Below, piece by piece: positions 48,720-62,180 of a stretch of DNA of 64,000 bases. The translations under genes and the position numbers were made by a program. The notes under the pieces are model-generated. The model was not told where the DNA came from. It saw only the letters and a program-made list of their open reading frames with translations, and searched no databases. The stretch spans positions 35,218,001-35,282,000 of the forward strand of contig NC_058368.1 in NCBI RefSeq assembly GCF_018350175.1. The letters run 5' to 3'. Each line of letters begins with the position of its first letter. Positions within the stretch are counted from its first letter, which is position 1. This DNA is from Felis catus. Lineage: Eukaryota.

Positions 48720-50455
48720 TCCTATTACTTCAGTAAAGGCAATGTTAAAAGGAAAGCAAATAAAGAGTTTACATCAGACAAAACAAAACTGGTGTCAAAA
48801 AAAAGCTGAGATGCAAGAAGAAATGATAAGAAAATAAAGTGATAAAATAATAGGATTTCTAAATAAATACTGATCATATAAAACAATCAATCTAAGAATT
48901 CAAAGAGATAAAGAATTAAAATACATGACAAATATATCAATTGCTACATTAAATGTAAAGGACCTAATAATGATAAAAGAATCACCAAGAAACCTTAATT
49001 TAAAATATGCAATCAATAATGTGACTTCAAAATGTATAAATTTATAAAACAGGGCTACAAGGGCTAAGAGCGAAATGTACAGTCAGTGGCAGCACATATG
49101 AATTCAAGAAACATATAGATGGAAAAAGTTGATTTAACGTGTATCAGAGCACCCAACCCGGCAAGTAAAATTCTTCTAAGAACAAGTAGAACAATTATAA
49201 AAATAAACCATATCCCATGCCATAAACCAAACAACATAAAATGTGAAAGTAATCATTAGGTATATGCTCTTTGACAACTATCAACAATCAAAACATAATT
49301 TGAAAATTCCTCTATGTTTGGACATTATGAAAACACATGTCAAAAGGAAATCAAGAGAGAAATTTAAAAATGTACTGAACTGATAATAAAAATACAACAT
49401 ACCAAATTTTGAAAGTGTGGCATATAAAAGGAAATAAATCACATATATACAAAAAGAAGAATGGCAAATAGCTTAAATGTAATGATTTCAGGGGTACCTG
49501 GGTGGCTCACTTAAGCGTCTGACTTCGGCTCAGGTCATGATCTCACATTTTGTGGATTCAAGCCCCACACTGGGCTCTGTGCTCACAGCTCAGAGCCTGA
49601 AGCTTGCTTTGGATTCTGTGTCTCCCTTTCTCTCTGCCCCTCTCCTGCTTGCACTCTATCTCTCTCAAAAATAAATAATAAACATTTTTAAAAAATGTAA
49701 AGATTTCAGCATCCATCTCAGGAAATTATGGAAAGAACACAAAAAAAAAGCAGAAAAGAATGAAATAGTAAGGAAAAAGAGCAAACATTGATGATGATGA
49801 AATAAAAGTTAAATATAGTAAGACAAAGCCAAAAATTTGAATATTATCATTTGAAAATATACATATGAGACTGATCAAGAAAATAACAGAGAAGAGATAA
49901 TTAATTCATATCAGGAATAAAATAAGAGAATGAGCATAAATAAGATCCTACAGATGTTAAAAAGAGAGTATGTTATAAACCTTATTCCAATAAATTTGGA
50001 ATTCAGTAAAAAATGTGCTATAAAATTACTAGAAAACTACAACTTACAGGTTGGCCAAAAGACATAATAAACTGAGATAAAAATAAAGAAACTGAACCAG
50101 TAATGTAAAACTTTCTCCAAAACAAACTACAAGCCCAACTCACTGTATTGGCAAGTTTAAGGAAAAATTCATTTCCTACAGACTTCCAGAGAACAGAAGA
50201 ATAGGATAAACTCCAACTCACTGTATCATTCTGGTGTTTCCTTGATATCTAAACCCAATAAGAAGAGTAAATAAAATACAGTCCAATCTCATTTTGAATG
50301 TACATGCAAAACTCAAAATTATTGTCAAATTGAACCCAGCCAACTGGTAAAAAGGAAAATTTGTCATGATCAAGTTGGTTTATGGCAGAAATGCAAGGTT
50401 ACCTTAAAATTAGAAAAGCAATGTAATTGGCCATCATCAGAGAAAGGGGGCAAAA
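48720..50455 (+). mobile_element. Old L1M fragment (inter-ORF and 5' half of ORF2), degenerate
   Basis: acattaaatgtaaaggacctaa; agatcctacagatgttaaaa; caagttggtttatggcagaaatgcaaggtt. Confidence 0.75.
49491..49692 (+). mobile_element. CanSINE
   Basis: TSD aaatgtaa(t/a)gatttcag. Confidence 0.94.
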
Positions 50456-50641
50456 AAGACAGAAGAAATAACTAGACCATGGTATACCAAATTCAGTTAA
50501 GTACAGATGGAGTTAATTATTACACAGTGTTTTTGCTTTTAAGAACTTTCTTTTAATTATGGCAAATAATTTTATTTTTCATTTAATATTTCCATTTTTA
50601 CCTAATACACTAAATTTAATTTTTAAAAAGTAGTTGATTTT

Positions 50642-50858
50642 ATTTTTACTTTTTTTAATGTTTATTTATTTATTTTGAGACAGGAAAGGATAGAGAGTAG
50701 GGAAGAGGCAGAGAGAGAGGGAGGAAGAAAGAATCCCAAGCAGGCTCCACACTCAGTGCAAAACCCTACTTGGACCTCGAACTCATGAACCGTGAGATCA
50801 TGACCTGAGTCAAAATCAAGAGTCAGTTATTCAACTGACTGAGCCACCGAGGTACCCC
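50642..50858 (-). mobile_element. CanSINE
   Basis: gaatcccaagcaggctccacactcagtgc; degenerate TSD taaaaagt..ttgatttt. Confidence 0.92.
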
Positions 50859-50899
50859 TAAAAAGTGATTGATTTTTTAAAAAGGTAGTAAAATAAAGG

Positions 50900-51380
50900 A
50901 AGATAATCATACCAGTATACACACACATGAACAGTGTAACTGGTGATAAATTCTGAACAATCAAAGAGGGAGAGGTTACCCATAACTACAAGTAGATGAT
51001 AAAATGTGGGAGGGCCTTAGGACAGGGCTTAGCATATAGAGGCACTTAGAGCTAAGTCCAGCACTGGAGGAAGTTCTGAAGTGTTGGAAGATGAGGCAGA
51101 GGGCATCAATAGAGGCAAATAGAAATAAAAAGGTAAGAATGTTTTGAAAAACTCTGATATAAAAGATGTGGAGGAGCAAATGGCAGGGAACGGAGAAGGA
51201 ATTAACAGGAAAGCAGAGAACCAGGATAGTGTTTCATTTGCAGCTAAGGGAGAAAGTGTTTCAAGAAGGGAATGATCAACCACGTCCAACGGTGCAGAAA
51301 GACAAGATGAAAAGCAAAAGGCATCAACTGGATTTAACAACTGCATGTCATCCATGTCCCAGGCAAGAGAAGTGGTCGTG
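50900..51380 (-). mobile_element. L2 relic
   Basis: gagaaccaggatagtgt..aaagtgtttcaagaagggaatgatcaac..ggatttaacaac. Confidence 0.65.
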
Positions 51381-51604
51381 TCTGAGGTTTCTGATATATT
51401 TTTGGACTTTGGATGAATAAAAAAATGGGCCTTAGGCAGAGGGTAGGCCTTAATCCGTCCAGTGTTACTGCCCAATTCTTCTGAGAAACGTTTTCTTCAA
51501 AACTTATTTCTCTGAAAATGGATTGCATACAATGATTGTCATTTCCTATATGTAACTAATTATTCATGTTTTCCTTTGATGACCCATTAACATTTCTTTA
51601 TTGG

Positions 51605-51755
51605 ATGTCTGACCCTGGCAAGTTATTTGTCTGAAGTTTAGTTTCCTCTTTTGCCAAGTAGGGGAAATTATACATAATTATACATAATTTTTGTCAAGTT
51701 TAAGGTTAATGTCCAACCACTGACTGGCATAAAGCAGTACCAATAAGTGGATAGG
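51605..51755 (+). mobile_element. MIR relic
   Basis: tgaccctggcaagttattt..tagtttcctc. Confidence 0.55.
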
Positions 51756-53384
51756 ATTTGCAATATTTCCTAATAGGACTTCCTTATCTCACCCTTGTTT
51801 TCCATTCCCCTTCCCTAAACCATCAGGAAAAACTAAGTCTAAGGATTTCTCCTTCAAAATCACACACTTAACCATGGGGTTACACAAACAATTCCACATA
51901 GGATCAGTGTTTGACTACAAAGTAGTTGGATGTCATAGAGTTTCAAAAATAATCAATGCTCAATAAAATATCTTAGAAAAAAATGAAGGCAAGTAGCTAA
52001 CTTCTCCAAAAAGGCTAACAGATCCCTTAAAACAAACTGCAACTCCACGAAACTCATGAAATTCTATTCCTGAGATTAACATTCAAGAGATGCTTGGTAT
52101 GCCATAAACATTGTTTAGAATATTACAGTTATTTTAGCTTATTCTTTTTGGAATAAATCACATTTACAGAAGCACATTTATAGAAGGCTGGTGAAGACAA
52201 TGCCATGTGTAATAAATAGAACTGTTTTTGCTCTCAACAGTGAACACTTATTAAACACCCATTAGGTACTGGAGCTAGTGCAAATGACAATGAATTCATA
52301 CATTTCTTCTCCAAAAAGAAACGTTTTAGCAACTTAATTGTTTTCTAGTATTTGGGGTAGGCAAAGAAAACTGAGTGTATGATATTAAAAATCAATCAGT
52401 TACCAATGTAATTATCAAATGTAATTATTGCAACATTTTTAGATTATATGAACACATACATGCACATACTACATGCAGACACACATATATATACACACAA
52501 ATGAAAGAAAACCATCTGAAATTAGGCAACCTTCTATTATTCTAAATATGCTCCCTGACATTTGATATGCCAACCTGAAGCAAATTATTATAGCGTAGCT
52601 ATTAACTCCCAAAAATACAAAGCTGTAATGGAAACACTTGGAGAATAAAGACTGGGCAAAACTACCATAAATGGTGCAGCAATGAGACACATTTGTCCAG
52701 ATTTCCATGTCATGATAGGGTGATGCTAAGTGGCAGCCATCACTGACTTATGGCACCAACCTGGTTTTCTGGTTTGAATTTTTCCCTTTTATTGTAGCCT
52801 TTCTTTCTTTTTTTTTTTTTCTTAATAAAGTATATTTCTTTGTTCCTTTCTTTCCTCCCTGGCAAAATTCTCAGGTCAGATTGTTTCTTCAAGGTTGTAT
52901 CTCCTCACCCCGCCCCCCCCCCCCCAAAAACAGAATGGCAGCATTTTAGAAGCAGAACCTATGAGTGAAGACTACTAAAGTGATTTGAAATGAACAGACC
53001 AGAAATGTGACCCCTGGCAATTTGCATAGCCCTTGCTGAGTAATGTCAGTGCACATTTCCTAATGCAACCTACTAAGTTTTGATCATTTTCCAGAATCTA
53101 CTAATATTTTCCTTGAGCTAATGCTGGAGCTATAACACACTGCCATGTAAATTTATGTTGTAAGTCAGCTGCTTGCTATCTTATAATTAGGTGGGTTAGA
53201 ATTTATCTATTATACATACCTAAGACTTAAAGTAAATTATTTTGTATAGTGCAATATTGTTAAAAAACAGTTAAAAAAAAGATAATATCCCATTTAACCT
53301 ATAGATTTCAAACAGGGACAAATAGATAACTATAAAATTGTTTTGAAATCAGAAAGATAAGGAATTGAATAAACTAAAATGTAA

Positions 53385-53590
53385 CTGTATTTTAAATTCA
53401 GGTATAATTTTCATGCAACTGCACAGACATTAAATGTTACAGTTACATAAATGGTATACTCACTTACGTAACTCACAGGTCTATTATAATAAGAAATATT
53501 TCTATCGTCCCAGAAAATTCCCACATACCCCCTTCTACTCAGCCATCCCCCAAACTTCTCCCCCACTAGAAGGAACCATGTTCTTTTTTC
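53385..53590 (-). mobile_element. Old L1M 3' end fragment
   Basis: aggtataattt..tgcacagacattaaatgttacagtt; atatttctatcgtcccagaaaattccc. Confidence 0.65.
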
Positions 53591-54086
53591 TCTTTTCTTG
53601 GAGTTTTTTATTTTAATTCCAGTAGAGTTAACAGCACTGTATTAGTGTCAGGTGTACAATACAGTGATTTAACAATTCTATACATTACTCAGTCCTCACC
53701 AGAAGTGTACTTTTAACACCCTTCAACTGTTTCACCCATCCCCTCACCTAACTCTCCTCTGATAACCATTCCTTTGTTCTCTGTAGTTAGGAGTCTGTTT
53801 CTTGTTTTCTCTTTTTCTTTCCTTAGTTTTCTTAAATCCCACATATGAGTGAAGCCACATGGTATTTGTCTTTCTCTGATTGATTTCACTTATTTCAATT
53901 GCCATTATACTCTCTAGCTGCATCTATGCACTATGTGCATATATCCCTTTGAATTAGTGTTTTGTAGTTTTGGGGTAAATATTCAGTAGAGTGATTCCTG
54001 GATCATAGGGGAGTTCTATTTTTAACTTTATTATACTAAATGTTATTGCAAATGGCAAGAGTTCATTCTTTTTTATGGCTGAATAG

Positions 54087-54090
<4 letters not shown>

Positions 54091-54140
<50 letters not shown>
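54091..54140. repeat. (AC)25 microsatellite
   Basis: Directly visible. Confidence 0.97.
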
Positions 54141-54142
<2 letters not shown>

Positions 54143-54261
54143 CTTCTTTATTCATTCGTCTACTGACGGACAGTTGGGCTGCTTCCATAATTTGGCTATT
54201 ATAAATAATGCTGCCAAAAACTCTGGAGTGCATGTATCCTTTAGAATTAGTGTTACTGGTG

Positions 54262-54455
54262 TTTTTTTTTTAATTTTATTTTTTATTTTAAAGAGAGAGT
54301 ACAAGCAGGGGAGAAGGGCAGAGGGAGAGAGAAAGAGAATCCCAAGCAGGGTTCACGCTAAGCTCCAACATTGGGCTTGATCCCACAACCCTGTTATCTT
54401 GACCCGAGCCAAAATCAAGAGTTGGACGCTCAACAATCTAAGCCACCAGACAACC
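54262..54455 (-). mobile_element. CanSINE nested in L1
   Basis: gagaatcccaagcagg; gagccaaaatcaagagttggacgctcaac. Confidence 0.88.
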
Positions 54456-57090
54456 AATATATGTTACTTCTGGTGTTTTTGATTTTAGCCATTCTGACAG
54501 GTGAGAAGTGATATCTCATTGTAGTTTTGATCTGTTATTTCCCTGATGATCAGTGATGTTCAGCATCTTTTCAAGTGTCTGTTGACCATCTGTGTGTCTT
54601 CTTTGAAAAAATGTCTGTTCATATCTCCCACTTATTTTTAATTGGACTGTTTGTTGGAATGTTTAGTTTATTAAATTCTTTTTATATTTTAGATACTGAA
54701 ACTTTATCAGATATGTCATTTGCAAATATCTTCTCTCATTCCTTATTTTGCCTTTTAGTTTTGTTGATGGTCTCCTTCAATGTGCAGAAGCTTTTTATGT
54801 TGATGTAGTCCCAATAGTTTATTTTTGCTTTTACTTCCCTTGCCTCAGGAGATATATCTAGAAAAATGTTGCTTTGGCCAACATCAGAGAAAACACTGCC
54901 TCTGGTCTCTTCTAGAACTTTTATCATTTCAGGTCTCACATTTAGGTCCTTAATCCATTTTGAGTTTATTTTGGTTCCCTGTGTAGGAAAGTGGTCCAGT
55001 TTCATTCTTTTGCATGTAGCTGTCCAGTTTTCCCAACACCATTTGTTGAAGAGACTCTTTTTCCCATTACATACTCAATCCTCCTTTCTCACTGATTAAC
55101 TGAACATAAAACTATGTGTTTATTTCTGGGTTTCCTATTCTGTTCTATTAACCTATTTCTGTGCCAGTACCATACTCTTTTTGATTAATACAGGCTCGTA
55201 GTATAACTTGATGTAATATATAACTTGATGTCTAGAATTGTGATACCTCCAGTTTTGTTTTTTCTTTTAAAGATTGCTTTGGTTATTCTGTGTCTTTTGC
55301 GGTTCCATACAAATTTTAAGATTGTTCTAGCTCTGTGAAAAATGCTGCTGGTATTTTGATAGGGATTGCATTAAATGTGCAAATTACTTTGGGTCATTTG
55401 GCATTTTAACAATATTTATTCTTCCAATCCATGAGCATGGAACATCTTTCCATTTAATTTGTGTCATCTTCTATTTCTTTCATCAATGTTTTATAGTTTT
55501 AGAGTACAGGTCTTTCACCTCTTTGGTTAAGTGTATTCCCAGGTATTTTATTATTTTTCATGCAATGATAAATGGGATTATTTTTTTTTCTTTCTGCTAC
55601 TTCATTATTACTGTATAGAAATATAATGGATTTCTTTACATTTTTTTTGTGTGTCCTGCAACTTTACTGAATTCATTTATCAGTTCTAATAGATTTGGGG
55701 TAGAGTCTTCAGGGTTTTGTATTAGTTTATCATGTCATCTGCAACTAGTGAAAGTTTTACTTCTTCCTTACCAAATTGGATGCCTTTTATTTCTCTTTGT
55801 TGTCTGATTGCTGTGGCTAGGACTTCCAGTACTATATAGAAGTGGGAAGAGTGGACATCCTTGTCTTGTTCCTGACCTTAGGGGAAAAGCTCTCAGGTTT
55901 TCTCCATTGGGAATGATGTGAGCTGTTGGTTTTTCATAAATGACCTTCATTATGGTGAAGTATTCTCCCTCTAAACCTACTTTGTGGAGGGTTTTAACAT
56001 GTATGGATGTTGCACTTTGTCAAATGCTTTTTCTGTGCCTATTAAAATGATGATATGGTTCTTATCCTTTCTATTATTGATGTGATGCATCATGTTGATT
56101 GATTTGTGAACATTGAACCATCCTTGCAATCCAGGAATAAATCACACTTTATCATGGTGAAAGATTTTTTTAATGTATTATTGGATTCTGTTTGCTAGTA
56201 TTTTGTTGAGGATTTCTGCATCTATGTTCATCAGAGATATTGGCCTGTAGTTTTGTTTTGTGGTGTTTTTACCTGGTTTAGTATCATGGTAATTCTGGCC
56301 TCATAGAATAAATTTGTATGTTTTCCTTCCTTTTCTATTTTTTTTAGCATAGTTTGAGAAGAATAAGCATTAAGTATTTTATAAATATTTGGTAGAATTC
56401 ACCTGTGAAGCTGTCTGGTCCAGGACTTTTGTTTGTTGGGAGTTTTTTGGTTACTGATTCAATTCTATTGCTGGCGATCAGTCTATTCAAATTTTCTATT
56501 TCTTCCTGCTTTAGTTTTGATAGGTTATATGCTTCTAGGAATTTATCCATTGCTTCTAGATTGTCCCAAGTTTTGTGGCATATAATTTTTTATAATATTC
56601 TCTTACAATTGTTTGTATTTCTGTGATGTTGGCTGTTATTTTTCTTTCAGTTATAATTTTATTTGAGCAGTCTTTTTTTTATGAGTTTGGCTGGAAGTTT
56701 ATCAATCTTACTAATTTTTTCAGAGAACCAGCTCCTAGTTTCATCAACTGTTCTACTGTGGGATTTTGGTTTGTTTTTATATCATTTATTTCTGCTCTTA
56801 TCTTTATTATTTCCTTTGTTCAACTGGTTTTGGGGTTTTGGGTTGCTGTTCATTTTCTAGCCCCTTTAGGAGTAATGTTAGGTTGTTTATTGTCATTTTT
56901 CTTGTTTCTTGAGGTAGGCTTGTACTGCTATAAACTTTTCTCCTAGAGCCAGTTTTGCTGCATCCCAAAGAATCTGGATCATTGTGTTTTTATTTTGTTT
57001 CCCTATAAGTTTTGATTTCTTCTTTGCTTTCTTGGTTGACCCATTCATTGTTTAGTAACATGTTAGTTAACCCCCATGTATTTGTGCTCT

Positions 57091-57093
<3 letters not shown>

Positions 57094-57162
<69 letters not shown>
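57094..57162. repeat. (CA)20C(GT)14 palindromic microsatellite
   Basis: Directly visible. Confidence 0.97.
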
Positions 57163-57540
57163 CTAATTTCTAGTTTCATAGCATTGTGAACAGAAAAGAT
57201 GCATGGTAGGACTTCAATCTTTTTGAATTTGTTGAGATTGTTTTGTGACCTAATATGTTATCTGTTCTGGAGAATGTTCCATATGCATTGAAGATAATGT
57301 GTATTCTGTTGTTTTAGGATGGAATGTTCTGAATATATCTGTCAAATCTATCTGATATAGTGTGCCTTTTAAAGCCACTGCTTCCTTGTTGATTTTGTTT
57401 AGATGATCTGTCCACCAATGTAAGTGGACTATTAAAATCCCCTATTTTACTATATACTACAGTATACTATATATTATATATGTATAATGTATGTGTAGCA
57501 TATATTATATAAATATATATACTCTATACTATAGTGTTTT

Positions 57541-57770
57541 TTTTTTTTTGTTTTTTTTAAATTTTTTTTTTCGTTTATTTATTTTTGGGACAGAGAGAGA
57601 CAGAGCACGAACGGGGGAGGGGCAGAGAGAGAGGGAGACACAGAATCGGAAACAGGCTCCAGGCTCCGAGCCATCAGCCCAGAGCCTGACGCGGGGCTCG
57701 AACTCACGGACTGCGAGATCGTGACCTGGCTGAAGTCGGACGCTTAACCGACTGCGCCACCCAGGCGCCC
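57541..57770 (-). mobile_element. Young feline CanSINE (SINEC_Fc-type) nested in L1
   Basis: CpG-rich; perfect 17 bp TSD ctatactatagtgtttt at 57524-57540 and 57771-57787. Confidence 0.97.
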
Positions 57771-58519
57771 CTATACTATAGTGTTTTAATAGTAATGCAA
57801 TAATATTGATTAGTTCATTTATGTTTGTTATTAACTGTTGTATGTATTTGGGTGCTCTCATATTGGATGAATAAATATTTACAATTGGTATATCTTCTTA
57901 TTGGACTGTCCCCCTTATTATTATATAGTGTCCTTCTTTGTCTCTTGTTACAGTCTTTGTTTTAGAGTGTATTTGTCTGTATAAGTATTACTACCCCAGC
58001 TTTCTTTTGACATCCATTTGCATGATAAATGTTTCTCTATCCCCTCACTTTCAACCTTCAGGTGTCTTTATGTCTGAAATGAGTCTCTTGTAGGCAGCTT
58101 ATAGATGAGTCTAGGTTGTTGATGTTGTTTTTGTTTTATCCACTCTGTTACCCTATGTCTTTTGATTGGAGCATTTAGTCCATTTACTTTCAAAGTAATT
58201 AATGACAGATATGTATTTACTGCTATTTTGTTACTCTTTAGTGATTGTTTTGTAGTTTTCTCTGATCCTTTTATCTCTTGCTCTTTCATGGTTTGCTAGC
58301 TTTCTTTATTGATTGAATTACTTTCTCTTTACTCTTTGCACATCTGCTGGGTTTTGATTCGTGGTTACCACTAGGTTTGTATATAACATCTTCTGCCTAT
58401 AGCAGTCTATATGAAGTTGATGGTCATTTAAATTTGAACCTATTCTTTACTCCTCTCCCTTCCCCACCCATGTTTTAGGTATATGGTATCACATTTTATA
58501 TCTCTTTTTTTCACTGATG

Positions 58520-59135
58520 TGTTATCTAGTTGTATCCATGGGATGAGACCTATTGTTAAATAGGTCTATATTGTTTCTTATTCTAAGTCTAGAGTAGCCC
58601 TATCCCTAATATATAAACATGCAGTAATCTACATTGAATGTCCATGGTGTTTAGAAAGGCTGCTGATGGTTCCAGCCTCTATCTTTTTCAGAAATATGTG
58701 ACCTCCACAATCTGTATTTACTTTCACAGCTCCCCAGCTTTCCTTGTGTGCTCATAGCTTAATATTTGGTGGAAAAACTTTAAAATGAATTTTTGGCAGA
58801 TTTATTTATTTGCATAGCTTTTTTCTCTTTTTGGGCCTTGGTTCTACAAATTCTAATCCACTTGCAAACCTTGAACTCCGATTTCTGCCTCTTGAACTCA
58901 TCATAGTCTGATTAAGCTCCACCTTTCTGCTTTGCAATCTGGAGACAGCCCTCAAGAAAAAGTAATGGTGATTATGGGGTTCACTTTGTGTTTCCCTTCT
59001 CTCCGAGATCAGTCCTGTGTTGCCTCTTGTTGAGTGACAAAATAGTTGTTTCATTTATTGTGTCAAGTTTGATCACTATTTATAGTGCATGGGCTAGCCC
59101 AGTACCAGTTTCCCTATCACGCTACAGGTAGGAGT
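58520..59135 (-). mobile_element. Old L1M 5'-region fragment
   Basis: gtgattatggggttcactttgtgtttcccttctct..gatcagtcctgtgttgcct..aatagttgtttcat..gtaccagtt. Confidence 0.6.
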
Positions 59136-60719
59136 CCCCCAGGATCTGTTATATATGAAAGTTAATACATATTGTTAACACAACACATAGATGCTAGCCA
59201 GTAAAAGGTCACGACTTAAGTAAGGACTTCAAGGTTTTTTAATATAAATTCCATTTAAAAATTCTTACTCCTATAAGAGTAAATTCCCTGGTTTCATCAA
59301 CCCCAATGCATAACAAACTCCTTTTGCATTAAATTCTTCAACTACATAAATTTTCAAATATAATGTAAGCAATTTTTAAGAAGCCATTAGCACTTAAGAA
59401 TAGTCAAAATATGTTATATATGTATATACTCTAAAGAAGCATACAAAATGTGGCTTTTGGAAATCATATCTGAACTTACCTATATATGACATATGATTTC
59501 ACTTCTTATCCTCCCTTTTTTCATGTATGGAAAAAAATGTGTGTAAATATATATTCAAAGTTAAAGGTGAATTTTCTGGATTCTTGACCCTGTATAGCTT
59601 AAACTAGATATAATGCCAAATTTTCTCTGAGTTCAAGCTGTTTCACATTCTGCTTCTGTGTATACTCACCCCTAACACTTTCCACTCTTCCTCCATTGCA
59701 TACATGCACGCACACGTACACACCACACACACACACACACACACACACACAGCCCTGTGAGGGCAGACACATCAATGCTGTTGCCAAAGATATAGAATGG
59801 CAATGAGCAGAACACTATTTAAATTAGTGTCATATTCATTATCATTTTTTCACTATTCCATCATGGTTTATATATATGATACAATATATAGATATTAAAG
59901 CTGAGAAGATAAACCAGTTTTACTAATTTAAATTTAAGCCAATAAAAAATAGGATGATATCTAGATACAACTATGAAGACTGTATGTATACAAATGCATT
60001 TTTGTTGTTACAAGACAAATTCTGCTCCTCTACCCACAAACGTTGGTAGTGGTAGCTGGTCCAAGGGGTGATGGATATAGGGAGTAAGAGTGGTTACAGA
60101 CAGCATATAAAACTTTCTGGACAGAGGACACTAAATATAACACTGACATCATGTTAGAAGGAAAACAGCTAAAATTCAAAAACTCCTTTACTAAGAAACT
60201 TTCAAAAGAAGAAAATAATAGGCTAAAAGATGAGCAGAAGCAAAAGAGCAGGAGAGCAGAGTACAAGAAAAAGAGATCAGGAACAAGGAATTCCTTCATC
60301 TAGTTTAAAGTCAAAATGGCCCAAGGGGGAGTAGACCTTTAAGTGTAAAATAGTGAACCAAATATATTTTCATGGATGAGGAAAAGGACACAGTATAAGG
60401 GTCTCCTTACCTTTCACATACAGTTAGCTCTAATGAAAAGCTGATCACCCCACTTTGAATTGCTAGATTAAATCTTTTGTTTCCTTCCTCAGTCTTCAGT
60501 CTTTATTTCATGTAGTATACCAGATTATCTTACTCCAGTCCTTGTTTTGTCCACGGTGCCACCGGGTGCTTTTTTATGCTGCCCCGGGAAGGGGAACAAG
60601 TAACAAGGCAAATAATACGTATTAAACAAATATATTGGGTAAAGTCAATTATATCTCAATTAAAAGATAAATAAAATTTTTAAAAATTTAAAAAACAAAA
60701 AAGATGGAGAAAGGAAGGA

Positions 60720-60840
60720 TTAACAACAGGAGGCTAAGAAAATTTAAATAACCTTTACACTCATACAGCAAGGAAGTGGCAGAGGAAGAGTTTAGAACAA
60801 GGTCTCTCTGTTGTTCAAGGTTGTATTCTTCCCACTATGA
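60720..60840 (-). mobile_element. MIR relic
   Basis: tcatacagcaaggaagtggcagag..tttagaacaaggtct..ttcttcccactat. Confidence 0.6.
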
Positions 60841-61636
60841 CTTATTCTCTTCTCCCTTCTGAATATTTTGGAAGGGGAGTAGGATCTGTGTGGGTGACCC
60901 TTTCCAAACCAAAGATGAGCTTATGTTTGTACAAACTGTAGTAAATGACATAAGACAATGTCACATTTGTTATTTTGTAATAGCCTTTAATCAAAAATAA
61001 CAAGATTAGATGAAAAATGAAGATTAACAGCCTTTACTCAAAAATGATAGAATCAAATGAAATTGAAGATTATATCATACCACGTCATATCTAGTACCTT
61101 ATCTAGTATCTGATTCCTCTTCAACAAGTATTCAAAATTCTATAAAGCCCTTGTAAAGCTATTTGCTAACAAAATACTGCCCCAAATTCACCCTTCTTAG
61201 AACCCACAGAAAGTTAAGATCCCATTATTTAAATATAAAAAAAGACTTTGAAAGAAATACAAAAGCATCAGAATCCAGATGGGTATTGTTTATTACTGCA
61301 AAGACAGTATTGTCTTAGAGGTGCTGTTGACCTGGTTTTTCACTGAGGGGGCCAGAATCTTCAGTATATTCACCGGGAGTGGATCCAGGGCTGATGATAG
61401 CCAGTGTACTGTTATGGCAGTACTGATTGCTAAAATATTTAAATACTTCCATACTGATTGGTAAATAGCAGTTGCAATAAGCAGTTACATGAATTAATAA
61501 TATAAATTCCAGCACATGTGGTTTATTTTAGAAATCCAACACATACTGCAATTTCAAGACATTTTTCCTAGACCAGACACGCACAGAGTGGAAGGCCTGC
61601 TCCAAATTCTACCGTTTATTACAAATTTGGGGGAGT

Positions 61637-62180
61637 TGTATCATAGTGATACATATTTTGGGGTGGATATTTTGTGTTCTTTTCTAAAATGATCAGGCAG
61701 GTACAGGAAAACACAAAGTAGAGTGCACTCACAGATCCCAGAGACAGAAGATACTACATGCCATGAAGGCCACATGGGAAAGCACCAGAGTGGTCAGGAG
61801 ACAGAAAACAGGAGTGAGGGGAGGGTTTAGAACAGAGTCTTTATTAAAGCTTCTCTGGGAAAGGCTAAACAGTTTAGGATTGGCTAGTTTGAGTAATTTC
61901 TTCACTGGGCTTTGGGTAATAGGGGTGGTCCTTAGTTGACTGGCACATAAGCCTGGAAGGATTAAAGCAGAGGAATAGTGCCTCTTGGGGTATCCAGGCC
62001 AAACAGAGGAAGTGACTCTGGACTGGTTAGTTTGCATACAAAGACATGTACCTAGCTGGGTCTTTTGCTATCTCTAAGAATGAGCTAGCCCTGGGAGAGG
62101 TAGGCTCTCTAGAGTCAAAAAGGTATTTTTAGAATAACAAAACAATATACAAAAATATATATTTTTTAAATTTACAATAC
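61637..62180 (-). mobile_element. ERVL LTR (MER54/MER74-like)
   Basis: TG...CA-type ends; aacagtttaggattggctagtttgagtaattt; ggttagtttgcata; gctatctctaagaat. Confidence 0.65.

Larger units (their letters stand above)
53600..58510 (-). mobile_element. Carnivore-era L1 (L1_Carn-like), about 4.9 kb with nested insertions, ORF2 degraded
   Basis: Endonuclease start (LSLITLKVNGLNAPIKRHRVTEWIK), [34 protein letters not shown]1 3' UTR at 53600-54250. Confidence 0.95.

Noticed and set aside
323..57770. tRNA genes
   Set aside because: All A-box/B-box matches are CanSINE heads followed by SINE body and tail.
61385..61472. hAT-like DNA transposon fragment
   Set aside because: Only a vague resemblance; no terminal inverted repeat pair or TSD could be verified.
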